Part shown: one piece after another, positions 46,401-62,039 of the stretch | How the letters are laid out: each line of letters opens with the position of its first letter | Position numbering within the stretch: the stretch's first letter is position 1 | NCBI GenBank assembly: GCA_964247055.1 | Contig: OZ176052.1 | Coordinates: 7,874,001-7,938,000 of the forward strand | Direction: 5' to 3' | Source of the DNA: Paragordius varius | Taxonomy: Eukaryota > Animalia > Nematomorpha | Length of the DNA stretch: 64,000 nucleotides | Program-made: the position numbers and the translations under genes | Notes under the pieces: generated by a model | Databases searched by the model: none | What the model saw: only the letters and a program-made list of their open reading frames with translations | What the model was told of the DNA's origin: nothing

Positions 46401-49400
46401 ATAATTATATAAAAAAATTTATATGATTTTAAAATTAGTTTGTTTAAGTTGACTTATTTATGGGATGGGATGACCATAAAAAGCCAAATAATTATATTAG
46501 AGTTATTAAAATAATTAACAACTATTCGTAAGATTCAGTTTTTAGCGATTTTTCGAATGATATAAAATACATTCCTATATATTTAAAACTTTTAATTTTG
46601 ATTCCCAGTTTAATGATAAATCAGGGCCAAAAATTTTTGATAAACCGACGCAGTGTTATAAACAAAATTTAATCGAATCTAAAAAGAAAATATTAATTTA
46701 TGGATCCAAAATTTGCCCTTTATTTAATAGGATCATGATTAATTAATTTAATTGATATATTTGTTAATTTTTCGATACTATCATGATTTTTTTATGCGTA
46801 TGAAACGCCGGCATCACTTTTTAAAATTTATTTAATTTGCATTGATAATGGTAGAAGTCTATTCAATTTTTATTTAAATATTGGGAAAAATCGGACAAAA
46901 AAGCGTCCTAAATTCCAAAATTAATTTTTTTCCTTATTTTGGATCTAAATTGGTCTATAATCGATAATCGATAAATTTCACATGAAATCCATTGAACATA
47001 AAATTATTTTGTTAATATTTCATATAGGGTCTTCGAGCCATCCTGGAAAAGAAGGGACAAAGGGTTTGGGGTCGAGTTTTTTCTTTACTTTTTGTTAATA
47101 ACAACAGGATAATTATTAAATTTTCAATACGATATTCAAAAATTTTTAAATAATGCGACCGTGGTTTTGGAATTCGTACTCATGATACCGGTTCTTAATT
47201 AGCACTTAATTTTTGTTGCAATATTTTTCAATATTTTGCTTGTACATGTGAATCTCTTGTAATATAATTTTTAAAGGTAAATTTTTATTGATTATAGATG
47301 TAACGTTAATGCAAAGTCATCATACTTTAAAAAATATTAATTGGGCAAAATTTATTATAAGGTGCCAAACAGTCAATTTTATATACAATATTTTATTTTT
47401 TTAAAAAATTTAATAATTGACAATAATTATTTTGCCTCCCTACTTTAATCTTAAATTATAAAATAAAAAGCCAAAATTTAAAAGCTCCGTTTAGCAGACT
47501 CCTTATCTTTATAAAAACGACCTGTGATGTTGACAACATTATATGATTTTTGGTAAAACGTTGTTTTTCAAACCTTTCCAATTGACATGCGGGTAAACAA
47601 AGTAGGAGTTTTGAATTTGTAAATAACATTTCAAAAATTTTGATGCCCTAGAATAAGTTTATCTATCATATTATCATAAAATACAGATTTAGTATAGTTT
47701 ATTTTTTTAAATAGCGATTTATTTTATAATTAAAATAATTTGGGCTGTTCACTTTTTTATCATACTAATTAACCATCATTTAATTTTTTTGAAATATGTC
47801 TGGAAATCACCTTTGTTAATAGAAAGAACTTTGGCACGTTGGTTCTATAAAAATAAATAATTGAGGGATTTTCAAAGATTTAAATTCGGATATTAGTACG
47901 TTGGTCCCAACCTATCGGAACGAGTTCCTTGGACCGACCCTTATATATTACATACATCGCTGTAGGGATAATAAATTTTGTCATAACCGGTCCGTTTCAT
48001 GAGTAAATTTTGCCAGAGATCTTTTCATCACCGCGATCAGTGAGTGCATCCCCTTGTCTTAGCATTATCGGGTGAAATTGGATTATATAATTGGCTATTT
48101 TCAAAATCCAATCTTATTATTATTAACCCTAAGATTAAGGTTCATTTGTATGCCAAATTATTTCATAGCACAGAATAAGGAAGATATTAACCTCAATCTA
48201 GGTGTATTCTTAAGCAATAATATTGTATTTTTTTCATCCTACTATGAGGGATTGCAAATATCATTTACCCAAGAATACACAGAGATAGAGCTTATATAAT
48301 ATTATTTGGTTTTTTAATCGTACGATATAAAGTTTTATATTGAGAAAACGCAAAATTGTCCATATCCAATAAAAAAAAGGCAACAGTTTATGAGAAAGTA
48401 ATGCTTTACAAAATAATAGTCCTAATAAATCATAGTTAACTTAATTTTTAAATTGTGATTCTAAAGTAAAAAAAGCACCTTATATATGTATATATATATA
48501 TATATTATATATATAAATATTTTTCCAAATTTATATACAAACTAGCCTCTATCTCCTATAAAAAACTTCATAACTTTTAAATGAAATATCTATACTTAAA
48601 CGTAACACCATATAAAATGAAAATAAAAATTAATTACATTATCGTATGGTATAGGAAGAAGTTTGACCCTAATTAAATAAGCAGTGTCATGTTAACTTGG
48701 GAAAAACTGTTTAATTTTAACTATTTGTTGTTTGTTACCATACACTACTCTTTAATTATTGTTAGCACATTTTTTTCTGATAAGACATTTGTCAATTGGT
48801 TTTTTTCCTAATTAAGAGCGAGTATAAAATTTAAAACGATGATTATTTTTTTTAATTTTTTAAATTATATTTATTGCCCTTTTTGGCAGTATTTTCCTTT
48901 GTTATATTAAAATGGCAACGTTTAGAATGCCAATGTCTATATCACATTTTTTCTAAAAATATTTGGTTTTTATTGTTGCCTCTAGATAAAAATTAATTAA
49001 ATTTGTCGTCACTGATTTTATTTTGCAGTTGTGAAGCATTTTTTAGCTATTGTTTACCGTTTTATGTATATGATAGCTCTTATTTATGTGCTACATCTAT
49101 AGATTTTATAACTATTTTGCTCTTATGGTTTATTAAAGCTATTTGATACTTGAATTTAAAAGCAAAAACGAATTTGTATAAACTTTTTTATCACTAAACG
49201 CGACAGTTAATTTAACACCATATAATGCTTTCAAGTACCGTTGCCCCTAAAAAATTCTATTATATATATATTTTAATTGGAATCATAAGTTGATCGATTA
49301 ACTTTCATACTGTGAGGGACCAAATGTTGAGCGCAAGTACCTAAAAGTATAAAAAAAAATATAGATAAAAGAATAGTGTTTATATACTTTCAAGTACATA

Positions 49401-52187
49401 ATAGAATACCTTGAGAAAATCGATAATTAATTATAATTACATTTTTTTGGAATATATTTCAAGTCAAAAAAACATATAGAGATGCGTTCGTTTATACAAT
49501 GTATATTCAAAAAACTCTTTCCCGTTATTTAGGTAAAGAGTGTTACCTTAGTTACCACTCTCATAAATGTGACATACACAGCACGACAATTGTTAGGTTA
49601 AAAAATTATTTGACTAATTACTCTTAATGTAAATGATAGGCTTTGGTTTAGATTTATGCTCACCTATTTCAAAAAAAGAATAATATATGCGAATTGGTTG
49701 AAAATCCTTTTAAGATTTTGTTATAATGAAATACAAAAAATAATTAATTTCGTAAACAAAAAAATGAGCTCGCTTTTTACCAATGACAACACACCAAAAT
49801 AAACCAAATTAAAACGGAATGAATTATTTAACACAATTTTATTAATTTAATTTTAAATGTAAATATAAATTTAGAGCGAAGAAAAATTTTTTGTGTGAAA
49901 TCAGATCACATGAAACATTGTAATTTCAATTTTTAAACACGATGTTGTTTAAGCATAAAATGTCATTTTATTAGACAGCTTGCCGTAGTAATGTACATCA
50001 CACTTTTGAAAATATATTAATTTATAAATTAGATTTTTTGAAAAAATAAATTTGATTTAACGAGATATATATTAATATGCACAAATGTAAATTGGCTATG
50101 TTTGCATAAAAATAGCTTGATGATTTCAAATGGTTCAATAACATAATATTGAAATTAGCTTTAAACTCAAAATGAGAAGATTTAAATGCTATTCAAGCAT
50201 CTAATATTAAATATAAATTGCGCGAAATATGATTTGACAATAGTCTATATATATAGGTCTTTCATAAATATATAACTTTGGTAAAATTTAATTTAACTTT
50301 TTTTCGGAAAAATAATTTAATTATAAACTAAGAATGACATGGATGTTCAATATCTATGAGAACTCATACACTATATACGTTTTAAAGGCGAAAAACTTCG
50401 CTATTTTTAATTTGATTGTCGCCTCCGCTGGGCGATTTTGAAAGTTTTTGAAAGAGTTCCAATAAATTTGGGTCATTACCCTTTAATTTAAAACAAAATA
50501 CTAAAAACTGTTTATCTTGATTATTTATGAGCAGTAAATGCCGTAAAATTGTTATTCTTTTCCCCGCATTATATTTCACTATTTAGGAATTAACTTTTTT
50601 TTGTTCATATAAAATTAATATTACACTCTTACACTAATTTTGAAAGAAGGATTTTTTTAGATTAAATTTAAGGAGGTGCAATGTAAATTGGTTAGCCAAC
50701 TAATTAGTTAAGTGAATATATTGATGAAAAAATTATCATCCATTTTTTAATAAATAAATATGACAGTTAGTTAGCAATTAGTAATATCATTATTGCATTA
50801 TTTTAAGCATTTTTCAATGTGTGTTGCCAGTTGTGTTGCACACCAAAAAATTCCCTGTAAAAATAAATAAAATAGAAACACAAGACAAAAACCAAATTTA
50901 TCTCATAAATATTAGCGTGAGAGATTGGTTAGTTGCTTCATGGCTAATATTATATTTTCTACTATCTCTAAAACAACAAAAATAATAATTATTGTCAACA
51001 GCTATGTCCAACAACAGTTAGTTAATCATAAGTATTTTTTTAATTTGTTAATGTAACTGCATCGTAGATAAGTAAGGTATATATAATAATCATTTTGTGC
51101 ATATATCCACGTTTCAGATATATTAAAATGAAATTCAAAAAATGGTAATATTCAACAGGATAGGTCCATAAAAATTGTTAAGTCAGTCGCTTTAAATGAT
51201 TTGTTTCGGCTCAAAAGCAAGCATATGTTGAATTCATGGACTATAGTCTTTGTAGGAAGATCTATCAGATTTTGTCATGGACCTACGAGGGAAGTTTTTG
51301 TTGTGACAGATTGTAGGGGATATATTATAAAAATTTATATGAAATTATAAATTATTGATGTATATTCCCTTTTATCGTTGTCCATTAACCGTCTCCAACC
51401 GCTTGCAATTTTATATCTTCATAGCATAACTTTAAAAATTCACAAAAAACTCAAAATAAATGGTATTTTGTCTTACCATTATAAATATTTAATATTTGTA
51501 TTTTATATATGTTCGGTAAAACAAAAAACATGTGTTTAATTTTTTAAGTTGTTCGGATTTTTAAAAGCCGTCACAGTCCAAAATATGCCATAACCATAAC
51601 CCAATTTGAATATAGAAATGTCTTAAAAGTTTTAAGTTAAAAACTTATGTTAAATAACAATTTTAAGCTAAAGTTTTTTTTTGAAACACATAAAATTTTA
51701 TAACTTCATTGCAAATAGTATTGTTCCAATTTTTCTCTGTTTCTAATTGGTGTTTTGCAAATAGCCAAAAAATAAATTATAAAAATTAATTAACATAATT
51801 ATTTATTCAAACTAAAAGAAGAGTTATATAAAAAAAACTATAGTTTCTAATTTATTTATAAATTTATTTTAGGAGAGTAACACTTTGCAATTTATAGTTT
51901 TCATTTTTATAATCTGATAAGAAAAAAAACCTAACTTAGTTTTAACACAAAAAAATAATTTAGCTAAGTAACTAACTTACTCATTATCATTTTGTTGAAG
52001 TTTTTAAAACTAAACTAAGCGAAAAGTAATATAAGTATTTCGTTTTCTCGCTGCTTTGTAAATTAATACTTACATATTAATAATTAATTAATTATGCAAA
52101 ATGCGTGTCTCCCTGTCCATTTTGGAACAACAACTTTTTAATCACTTTTTCACTTCTGAGCAACAACTACTTAGTCAAAATTAAAAC

Positions 52188-52222
<35 letters not shown>
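52188..52222. repeat. (CTTA)n tetranucleotide repeat, about 9 units
   Basis: Directly visible. Reads (TAAG)n on the minus strand, which could be a LINE/SINE tail. Confidence 0.9.
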
Positions 52223-53897
52223 CACGTATTAATTTTGACTTGAAACGCATATAGTTTAATTAAAACTAAAAAAGTCTATAAATTACGAATCCTGCCATTT
52301 TTGAGTAAAACTCAAAAATTGTGTGTTAATATATTAGCTTGGTAGTTATTTTATTTTAGTCAACATATTAGAGCTAAGAAAACAATTTAGTTAATTTCTT
52401 ATATCATCTTTATATACCTTAAGTTTGGTGGCAATAATACATTTGGTATCAAGGAACGCATTACACAGGACACAAAATAAATGCGTATGAAAAATATCTT
52501 GATCATATTTTTTAATTCTGATAAAATATCAGGGTTTTTGTTTTTGGTCCTGAGGTTCGAGTAATGCCAGAAAGTTATAAACATTTTTGTAATAAAAGAA
52601 TTTTTTTGGTTACAGCTAAATTCTAAAAAATATCACTAAAATCATTAATTGGATTTAAAAAAGCAAAACAATATTATTTATAAAATTTAAATTTTTGGAA
52701 GTTTCTTAATATTTCTGAATACTTATATTTAGTCACTTTAAAAATTTATTATCACCAAAAATTATACGCAATTAGTCACAAAATTTCATAAAATGGCATT
52801 TATATAGTAAATAAGAGCCATTATTTTTCCAAATATTTTATATTTTTAAAATTTTCCTATTAATACCGCATAAATTTTGACATTTAAAATAATTTTAAAC
52901 GCATATTCTCTAAATAGTTTCAACGGATATTTCGTAAAATAAATTTAAAGAACGTTAAAGAATAAGCTGTTGTAATGCCAAGGTGTGCTAATTGAACAAT
53001 CGAACAAAATGTATAACCGTAAAATAAGATCGATTTTTAACACGCGGGTGACGACAATTATAACTAATTTTTTAATGGTATGGAGATTGATAATAAAAAG
53101 TTACTGCATAGAGAAAATTATAAGATACTATATGTAGAAATCTCTAAAGGTTAAACTATAATTTATATTTTTGAGTGATTCACAGAATATCTATAAAATT
53201 TATTTTTTAAATTATTTATAATTTTATACTAATATGGTAAACGAATATTTGTTGTAATGACACTTTAGTTAACACTCAATTACCTTCTGGGGTGGTTTTG
53301 TATCTCAGAACTATTTAACAATTAAATATATAAAAATGTTATTTAGTTTTAGGCCAAATTTAAAACATGCCTTCTTCAGTCTTTTAAGCGCATGCTAAAA
53401 TTTTTATTTCCAAAAATCTTAAATTGCAAAAAACTTCATCTCAACTTTTTCGCCACGATTTTCTTAAAATATTTTTAAATCGCTAATACAATAGGCAAAG
53501 AAGTGTATATTAAGTTGAAAAGTATAAATAAATAGCTTTGGAAGCTTTCAAATTACATTTTACAAGCATGTGATTTACATATCAGCTGTTCGTTTCGATC
53601 GTGTTTTAGGGCTACCTGAATTCGGAACTCTGGAAGTTAGACTGTAAAATTATGAGATTTTTGTCTAATACAGGAGAACAGGTTTTAATAACCAAATTTC
53701 AGCCAAAACGATTCTTATATCAGTAGGTTAAGCCCTGGGTATAAATTACCCCAAAATTTAATCGTTTAAAATAAAATAAAAAGTTGAAGTATTAATATAA
53801 AATGCAAATCCACATTTTAACATAGGTAATAACAAATCTAATAAAATAATAACCATAATGAAAGTCGTTCAGATGTAATAGAATCGCAAGTGTAGAT

Positions 53898-54195
53898 CAG
53901 TGGTTTCCAACCTTTTTTGTTCACGCACCGAATCGAAAAAAATTCTTGCGCCTCTTAAAAAAATCCAAGATAAAAATGCAATTATATTATAATAATATAA
54001 AAATCCCAATCAATGAGATCCGTATATCTGCATTTTATGAAATATTTTTACCATATCGGTGACGAATCTCGATGATTCGCACCTGAAATCCTTCAATTTA
54101 TAGTTATTTTTAATTAAATTTTTCAAATTTTTCGCGCCTTCCTTAGATTTTTCTATGTCCCGTTGGGGGGCGTTGCCCCCTTTTGGGAACCATTG
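53898..54195. mobile_element. hAT MITE (298 bp)
   Basis: CAGTGGTTTCCAA ... TTGGGAACCATTG TIRs. TSD GTGTAGAT / TTGTAGAT (7 of 8 match). Confidence 0.8.
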
Positions 54196-57100
54196 TTGTA
54201 GATAGATACTTTTGCCCGGTTTGCTAGAATATATTAATTTAGAAAATCAATTAATTTTAATCATTATTAATTATTATCACAAACCATTTTTTTGGAGTGT
54301 GATAAATTGTAAATTTCAACATATTATATGTAATAAAAAACTTATTTTAATATGCATTATCTTTTGAGAAAAACATCTTTTAAACCAATAAGTTATATCA
54401 AATTTTACACTGCTGGCTAATGATATGATAAAATCTGTTTGAACTAAAAAAACATCTTGTTCGATTTTATAGATGACGTATAAGGACTAAAAAATCCGTT
54501 TCATCATTGATTTTACGGTTTAAATTTATATATGTCAAAAGCTTTTTAAAATTTAATGTGGATGGATAGCTGCTACTAAAAGGAGGGGGAAGGGGGGATT
54601 GTAAATTTTAATTAATTATATATCGATTTTTAATTATTATTTTTTTACATATTTTTTCATTATACAACACTAATGCTTCTATACAGCTAGGTAATCTATA
54701 AAGGTAAATGTATGGATCTATTATTGGAAAACGAGAGATCCACAGTTTTTTTAATGTGAAATATATCTTCTATTACATTTTTTATAATGAATGCAAATTT
54801 AAGAGACATCTCCATAGATTAATTGTTATTAAAAATAATAATTAGATCATTCATTTTATTAATTTACTATTTTTCCAAAAATCATTGTAATAGCTTAAAT
54901 TAATGGCAAGTTTTGATATTTTTAAGATATTTAGAAATATATAAATTAAAATATAGAATCAATGGGCAAACAAAATTACTGTGATATTCTTTGGGTTTTG
55001 ATATATTTAAAATGAATAATTTAATTTCAGACAACAATTAGATGACATTTAGGGGTTACTTTCTATAGATTAATTTAAATACTTCATATTTAAAAAAATA
55101 TTATATATAATATTTTGGGCATTTGTGATGAATGAATTTTAAACATCACCTTAGTTTATATAATAGATAACAATAAAAATAATAAATACCTGAATATGAT
55201 GGCTGTTTATGCCGCACATGCCCGAATTTAATGAATATCGTAAAATTGATGACATGATTTATCATTAAAATTATTGTCTAAACAATTTTTAGATCCCAAA
55301 GATTTAATAGTAATAGCATTATATTATTATGAAATAATATGAATAATTTTGATATGCGTGGGTGTAACTGAAACTGTGTTCAAATTTGATAACACATTTT
55401 AAAATCGTATTTATTAGCCAGAATTAAAAGTTTTATATATATATATATATATACTTTTTTGGACATTTTCAATTTTTTTGAAAGCTAGCAACTCCTGTGC
55501 ACAGGATGCTGGAATACGTTTTTGTGACAAAGATAACAAGGACGGAGAGAAGAGACGCATGCAGAAAAAAACATTAAAATGAACGGGGAAAAAAATAAAA
55601 AAAAGCACATTATTAATGAGTATAGTATTTATTAATTAAATTTTGGTCCCGTCTCTCAAAAACTCTCCTTCCTGACTTAAATAGTATCTCCTCCTGCACT
55701 ATGATTTTTGCTATATCATACATAGGAAGGGTGAAACTAGATATTAAAATTTTTGAGACAATCCATTTTTTGTAGGACGGACGCCTACCTAGTCTATACT
55801 AAATAAAGCAGGTATCTTAAACATATAAGGTACATTGATATTTTATTTAGAAAATATAAGACAATTATTTTTTCTAAAAGATAAAACCATACTTATTTAA
55901 TCTGATTTTTATCGAATTCCGTATTTTAGGCTGCAAAGTAAAAAATAGAGATGTAAATAGGTAACACAATCAAGTGTGTAATTTGCGATTGTAATATAAT
56001 AATTAATAAAGGAAAAATAAGGATTTTAGAAAGGAAGGTCGTCTTTTAAAATTTTTTTTTATATTTTTAGGTTTTGTCCATACTTTCAATTTTTACTGTA
56101 AATTTTAGATTAAGATTAGAATGAACAAGAAAAAATTTAGGAGCAAATATTATTTTATTTATTAGTTGATGTGGGTATTTAACAGACACATTACAACATT
56201 GTTTGATTGAAAAAGTTTGACTGATAAATTAAAAAATAAACACAAATAAAAGTTTTTAATAATAAATCATGTCCATTAAAAGTTATTTTGTCAGCATCCC
56301 AGTTTTACATTCTCACTCGTTATAGCATATATATGGATAATTATTAATGTTTTCTAATTTAAATAGTGCTTATTTACAAATTGTTGGACAAAAATCAAAA
56401 CGGGATGGATTATATATTGATTTATTTCATTTTAAAACCAACGAAATAAATAAAAGTATAAATTTGCATCATAATTAATTTATAATAAAAAACGTAAAAT
56501 AAATATTAATTAAAAAGATGCATAAAGAATGAAGGCATGAACCACAAGGGAGAAGTCTCCAAAACAAAAAAAAAACAATTAAATTGAACGCATTTCAAAT
56601 CTCAAAACTCTGGATATTTTTAGATTTTCTAAGTTATTCTTTAACTTTATTATCTTTTTAAAACAAAAAACTCGGGATAATAACATTTTTATCAACGAAT
56701 CTTGAATACTAGTGAGAGAGGAGAGCTTTATTTCGAATTCCCCATGGGCGATTCTATTAAAAATTAAATCTAAGTTTAGATGCTTACGACGAGTATTGAA
56801 GGATATATGGCTTTTTGCAATGATTGTGCACTAATTTTGTTAAAACAAAAAGCTTTTTTCATAGAAAACAATTAAAATTTGTTTTACATCTCTGATCATT
56901 GTAACTTTTGGTTTTACTTTTATAAAATATTTATTACGTAAATTGTTTAACCATTGATTATCATATGATTTTTGATGTCATTATGCAAAATTTAAGTATC
57001 TATATTTTAAATTCGGGTGGGATAGTATTAAAAAATTAACACTAAATATAATCCATAATCTAATTTTGGTCTTTTCAAAAAACATCCTTTTTTTAAATAA

Positions 57101-57719
57101 TCTTGCCTTTTGTAATCTTGCTCTTAACTGAATGCTGACTATAATATAGACGCGGTGCTGTATTTTTTATAAACAAAAGGTTATATGGATGTGAGATATT
57201 AATTTTTTTATTCCTCTGTATACGTTTTGGCCTTTCGTTTAAAGATTTTTTATATAAATGTTTACTAACTGTGCCCTGACACGTTTTTTACTGGAGGGTA
57301 GGTTAAGGACAATGTAATTCAAAGTGAATACGCTTTAAAAATGGCATAAAATTTGCCATTAGTAAAATCTATTAGATTTTCAGGTTTCCTCACAACTGCT
57401 TAAAGACTTAATATCGGGAACTTGTATTTTAATCTTTTTCAAGGGGTCGGGTTATACACAAAATACAATTTTTTTTAAAAAATGTAAGCGTTTATTATAA
57501 TTAAAATGTTTTTATTTTCGGTAAAATTATTCATAGACGGGGGACTTGTATACCCCTTTTAAGGAATGTATGGACACACCACGTTTTCCGTTTTGATTCT
57601 ACAGTTTAATTTGCATATAATATAAATTAATATAAAACGAGGTAGGAAATCGTGATTTATATAAAAACCATTAAATGAAACACCAGTGTATACCGCAAAT
57701 GTAAGATCAGAAAGAGAAT

Positions 57720-58230
57720 AGGATTGGGTAGAGAAGCGATGACCAAATTAATAAAGTTTTGGATAAACAAAAGCGTAGGAGTTGAAACTAAAAAAAGATT
57801 ACTCTACTTTTTTGTTCTCCCGGTCACCACGTATATTGTGAGAGCTGGACTCTCAGAAAAAGAGACAAAGAAAGGCTTATGGCTTTCGAAAGGAGCTGCT
57901 GGCATAGGATGCTAGGATACACCTGGAATGATAAAATTAAGAACGGAAATATAACTGAAATAAATCCTAAAACAATTATCCCTGGATAATTTTAAAAAGA
58001 ACGTTAATATATTTTGGTCATGTCATGCGATCAAATGCCCTAGAGAAAGACCCAATGTTTGGGAAGGTAGAAGAACAAAGGAAACGAGGCCGACCACATA
58101 TGAGGTGGTTGCATATGATAAAAGAGGAGACGATGACATTGAATCTCAAGGTAGCGGTAAAAGATAGAAGGAAGTGGAAGAAATAGTGAAAACTATATCC
58201 AAAGTCGTTTACGACTAATGACTAATCAAC
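57720..58230 (+). mobile_element. RTE-like LINE 3' fragment
   Basis: LGREAMTKL..TKKRLL..VLPVTTY/CESWTLRKRD..AFERSCWHRMLGYTWNDKIKN..GKVEEQRKRGRPHMRW. Confidence 0.75.
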
Positions 58231-58261
58231 CAACCATCAAATAAAATAGTGCAATAATTTA

Positions 58262-59125
58262 TTAGACATTCTTTTATTAGTTGGGAATCCGTAAATTTAT
58301 TTTTTCCTAAAATATAGCGAATTTCATACGAAGCTAATGTTACAGCTTTTTCCTGGGAGAAAGCTATGGGCAAAATAGATTTTTCTGTATGGTATAATTC
58401 TTTAATCTTTTTATATTTTTCGTTTTTCCATTCCGGTAAATTATGAGAATGATGGATTGTAAAATGTCTTTCAATATTGTATTTTTTTATAATTATGTTG
58501 TCTTTACATATAAGGCAGGTAACAACTTTATTTAAAACGACAAAGAATTTTTATTTTTATTCTTTTTTAAAAAAGCGATTTTCATCGGATAATTTTTCTT
58601 TAGCAATAGATGTCATCCTTTGAATTTATGTTAAATATTATGTAAATTCTTTCAAAAAATAGGAATTAAATTTGAATTATGCTATAAATAACAGGTCGAA
58701 ATTTAATGATGTTGATTTGAAAAATATTTTATGAGAATGAGTTATAAAAAGAGATGCAGGATAGCAATGAAAAGATATGTATATGCAAGTTTGGGTGAAA
58801 GGCTTGCTTAAATACAATAGAATGCAATAAAAATTTTAAAATAGAAAAGTAAACAGAATGCAGAAACAGAAACAATGTATGCCAGAATTTTAAAGTCATT
58901 TTAATGTAGGAAAATTTTACTACATTTATAATTGGGTAAAAAATAAAAATTATCAAAATTATATCTAAAGAAAATAAATTAATATAAAATAAGCGAAAAT
59001 TCGTTTCTATATTTTAAAAATTAATCAATAAAAAAAATAATTTAAGTATCAATATGGTTTTAGGGCAAATTTAAAGCACTCTTAGGGCAGCATGCGGCCC
59101 GCGGGCTGAGGTTTGAGTACCACTG
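58262..59125 (-). mobile_element. Third, frameshifted 5' portion of the same Buster-like hAT family
   Basis: TIR CAGTGGTACTCAAACC (reverse complement, ending 59125). Colinear with 34300-35120 and 33650-34269. The ORF is broken and truncated next to the LINE. Confidence 0.85.
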
Positions 59126-59679
59126 ATATATATAATCAGGATATTTTTGTTGTCACTGTGTTATATATAAATGTTATAATATTTTAGTGCTTTAATATAC
59201 CGTTTCCACCATCCTTCAAATTACCATAAAACAAAAGGACATTTATCACGTTTTTTGTCTTACAAAATTAATCAACTATTTCCTTTGAAAATTGGTTTTT
59301 TTTCGGCCGATGCTTTAAGCCTTCCAATCTGTTTAATGAATTACCTAAATATTATAAAATTTATGAAATAAATTGTTTTATAGCATAATAATTAAATTTT
59401 ACGTACATATTCAATGTATAATGAGTGACCTGTTCTATTAAACACAAAGTTATTAGCGAAATTTAATAATTCCACTTGATATGGCAATCTATTGTGTTAC
59501 ATTAAAAATTGCCTCTTGACTTGCTATCTTTACAAACACCAATAAAATTTTTTAAATGACAGGATTCCGATTAGTCCTATATAAAGACATGTATTATCAG
59601 TATATTATAGCTGATTAAATGAAATAGAATATTTTGATCTATATAAATATGAGACATCACTACTAGGTCGATATCATAT

Positions 59680-60400
59680 AAAAAGTGGTGATAAAATATC
59701 TTTTATATTGTTGTTGTTTAGAAGCTAGTCACATAGCGACTCTTAGCTCTTTCATAAATAAGTGTTTTCCATTCCAAGCAATCTTGAGACTTTCGAATTA
59801 TTTGAGAGAGTGTAGGTTAGTAACTGATTTGATAAAATTGGGAAACCGGTTTTAAAGCGGTCTCTTTTGCGAGTCTCATTGACCAACCAAAAGAGAATGT
59901 TTTTTCCAGAAAATCGGATCGGAGGATGTAGCCTAGATAATTCAATTGCTTGTAGTACACCAGATCATAAAGTAAAAATATGGTTTGAGGAAGTTTAGTA
60001 TATGTGAATTGGATATGTTAGTTTTTCAGGAAATACACAATATTATTTGAAATGAGTTGATGCTGGTTTTGTAGGTTGATTACATACGCATGACATAGAC
60101 CAGCATCGCTTTGATGGCTAATTTGGTTAAAACTCTTATTACCGAAATGTTCAGAATTCTGAACATCTTGCCCATGGTGCTGCGTCCTAATAACCTAAAT
60201 ACTTTCAATCGGTTAAGTCGATGGAGGAGGAATTGAGTGATCTCGGTATCTGGGGGCGTTGATGATCATTAATTTAGATTTAGATGGGTTTAGCTTCAGA
60301 CCCATCAAACTTGCCTCCACTCTAAGTCTATTTAAGATAAAAATGTCCGGATGAGAGTCCGTCAAGAGAACCGTATTATCAAGGTATCAGAGTTATATAC
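59680..60400 (-). mobile_element. Highly decayed RTE-like LINE fragment
   Basis: LGRSTMGKMFRIL.., QLNYLGYILRSDFLEK and WKTLIYERAKSR fragments. Confidence 0.5.
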
Positions 60401-60896
60401 AGTAAGACCACAAATGCGCGCTGCAATATGTTGGGGAAATTCACAGCATATTAATGTTTCTAAGACTTTTATAAATTATCCTAATAATTTGGTAGTTACT
60501 TTAAGATGTTTTTTTACTTTTTACAATTAATAATATTTAATTTATATTATACAGCCAAATGTAAAAATTAAATGACATCTTTTAATAATCAACCATATCT
60601 TTTATTCTTTTTAAATTTAACCAGCTTTTTGGATTGAAAACGGGTATTAATCAAAATTGATTAAATAAGTTTTGCAATTACATAGAAATTAGGTTATAAA
60701 AAGTATGGTTGTGTTTATAAAAAGTATTTGTCTTTTAGTTGTAACGTTTTAAGTGTATAATATTTAGTATAATATAATTTTTTGATCTAGTTAACAAATG
60801 GTTTAAAGCATGAGTTTCTATAAGCAACAATCATTTTATTTAATTTAATGTTTTTTAAATTTTAACACTATAAGTAACACACCTTACGCACCCATC

Positions 60897-61595
60897 CATC
60901 CTAATACTTAAAAGTGGCGGCTTCGGTGACGGATGGATGTAAAACACAATAATGGAATAATCTAATAAGACAGTTGCATCAAGTTGGCCAAGTCATAAAC
61001 GGTCCCGCAAATCTGTTTCGAATTCGTTCTCAGCCAAAATCCCCGACATTTTACACTCTATCTATCCTAATACTTAAAACAGGCGGCTTCGGTGACGGAT
61101 GGATGTAAAACACAATAATGGGATAATCTAATAAGACAGTTGCATCAAGTTGGCCAAGACATACATTAAACCGTCCTGCAAATTCTGTTTCGAATTAGTT
61201 CTCAGCCAAAAAAACCGACATTTTACACTCTATGTAAACTAATATTGAAAAGTGGGGGTTTCGGTGACGGATGGATCTAAAACACAATAATGGAATAATC
61301 TAATAAGACAGTTGCATCAAGTTGGCCAAGTCATACATTAAACCGTCCGGCAAAATACCTTTCGAATTAGTGCCAAAATAACCGACATTTTACACTCTAT
61401 CTATCCTAATACTTAAAAGTGGCGGCTTCGGTGACGGATGGATGTAAACACAATAATGGGATAATCTAATAAGACAGTTGCATCAAGTCATACATTAAAC
61501 CGTCCGGCAAAATCTGTTTCGAATTCGTTCTCAGCCAAAACTACCGACATTTTACACTCTATCTATCCTAATACTGAAAAGTGGCGGGTTCGGCG
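60897..61595. repeat. Tandem array of a ~162-172 bp unit, 4 copies plus a partial fifth
   Basis: CTAATAC/T anchor at 60901, 61067, 61239, 61406 and 61568. Conserved TTCGGTGACGGATGGAT.TAAA.CACAATAATGG..TAATCTAATAAGACAGTTGCATCAAG. Confidence 0.95.
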
Positions 61596-62039
61596 TTACA
61601 TCAAAAGCATCTAATGCTATAACACATTTTGCTTTTCATACACCTATTTCACCATTGTTTTGTAACAAGACCCTTATTTACAAAAAAAGTTGTCATTATA
61701 GGCAATATATTTGATTAATGTTTTATTATGCATAATTAACACCCAAAATAGGGTCACTATATCCTACAAAAAAAATAAATTTTAATCATTAATATTGAGT
61801 ATGTTAAGGTTATTTTGTACAATCTAATTTTTGTGTATTGTTAATAAACAATCAAAGAAAAGAGCGATTTCGTATATACATTTTAAACCAAATTAAAAGT
61901 TATTGGCAAGATTTATATTAAAAATTAAAACAAATCTGTGTTTATTGCCAACTCTATATATTTCTAAAAATTATGATTATACAGACAAAACGTAAATAAA
62001 AGCAAATATTTTTTATAAGATTAATCATATTTTCTAAAC

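Noticed and set aside
52150-52175. 13-nt match (TTGTTGCTCAGAA, minus strand) to miR-315
   Set aside because: The seed does not match and no precursor hairpin is evident.
60990-61560. Hammerhead-like CTGAGA...GAATTC-GAAAC on the minus strand of the 167-bp repeat
   Set aside because: The core lacks the CUGANGA spacing, and I could not form stems I and III with an NUH cleavage triplet.
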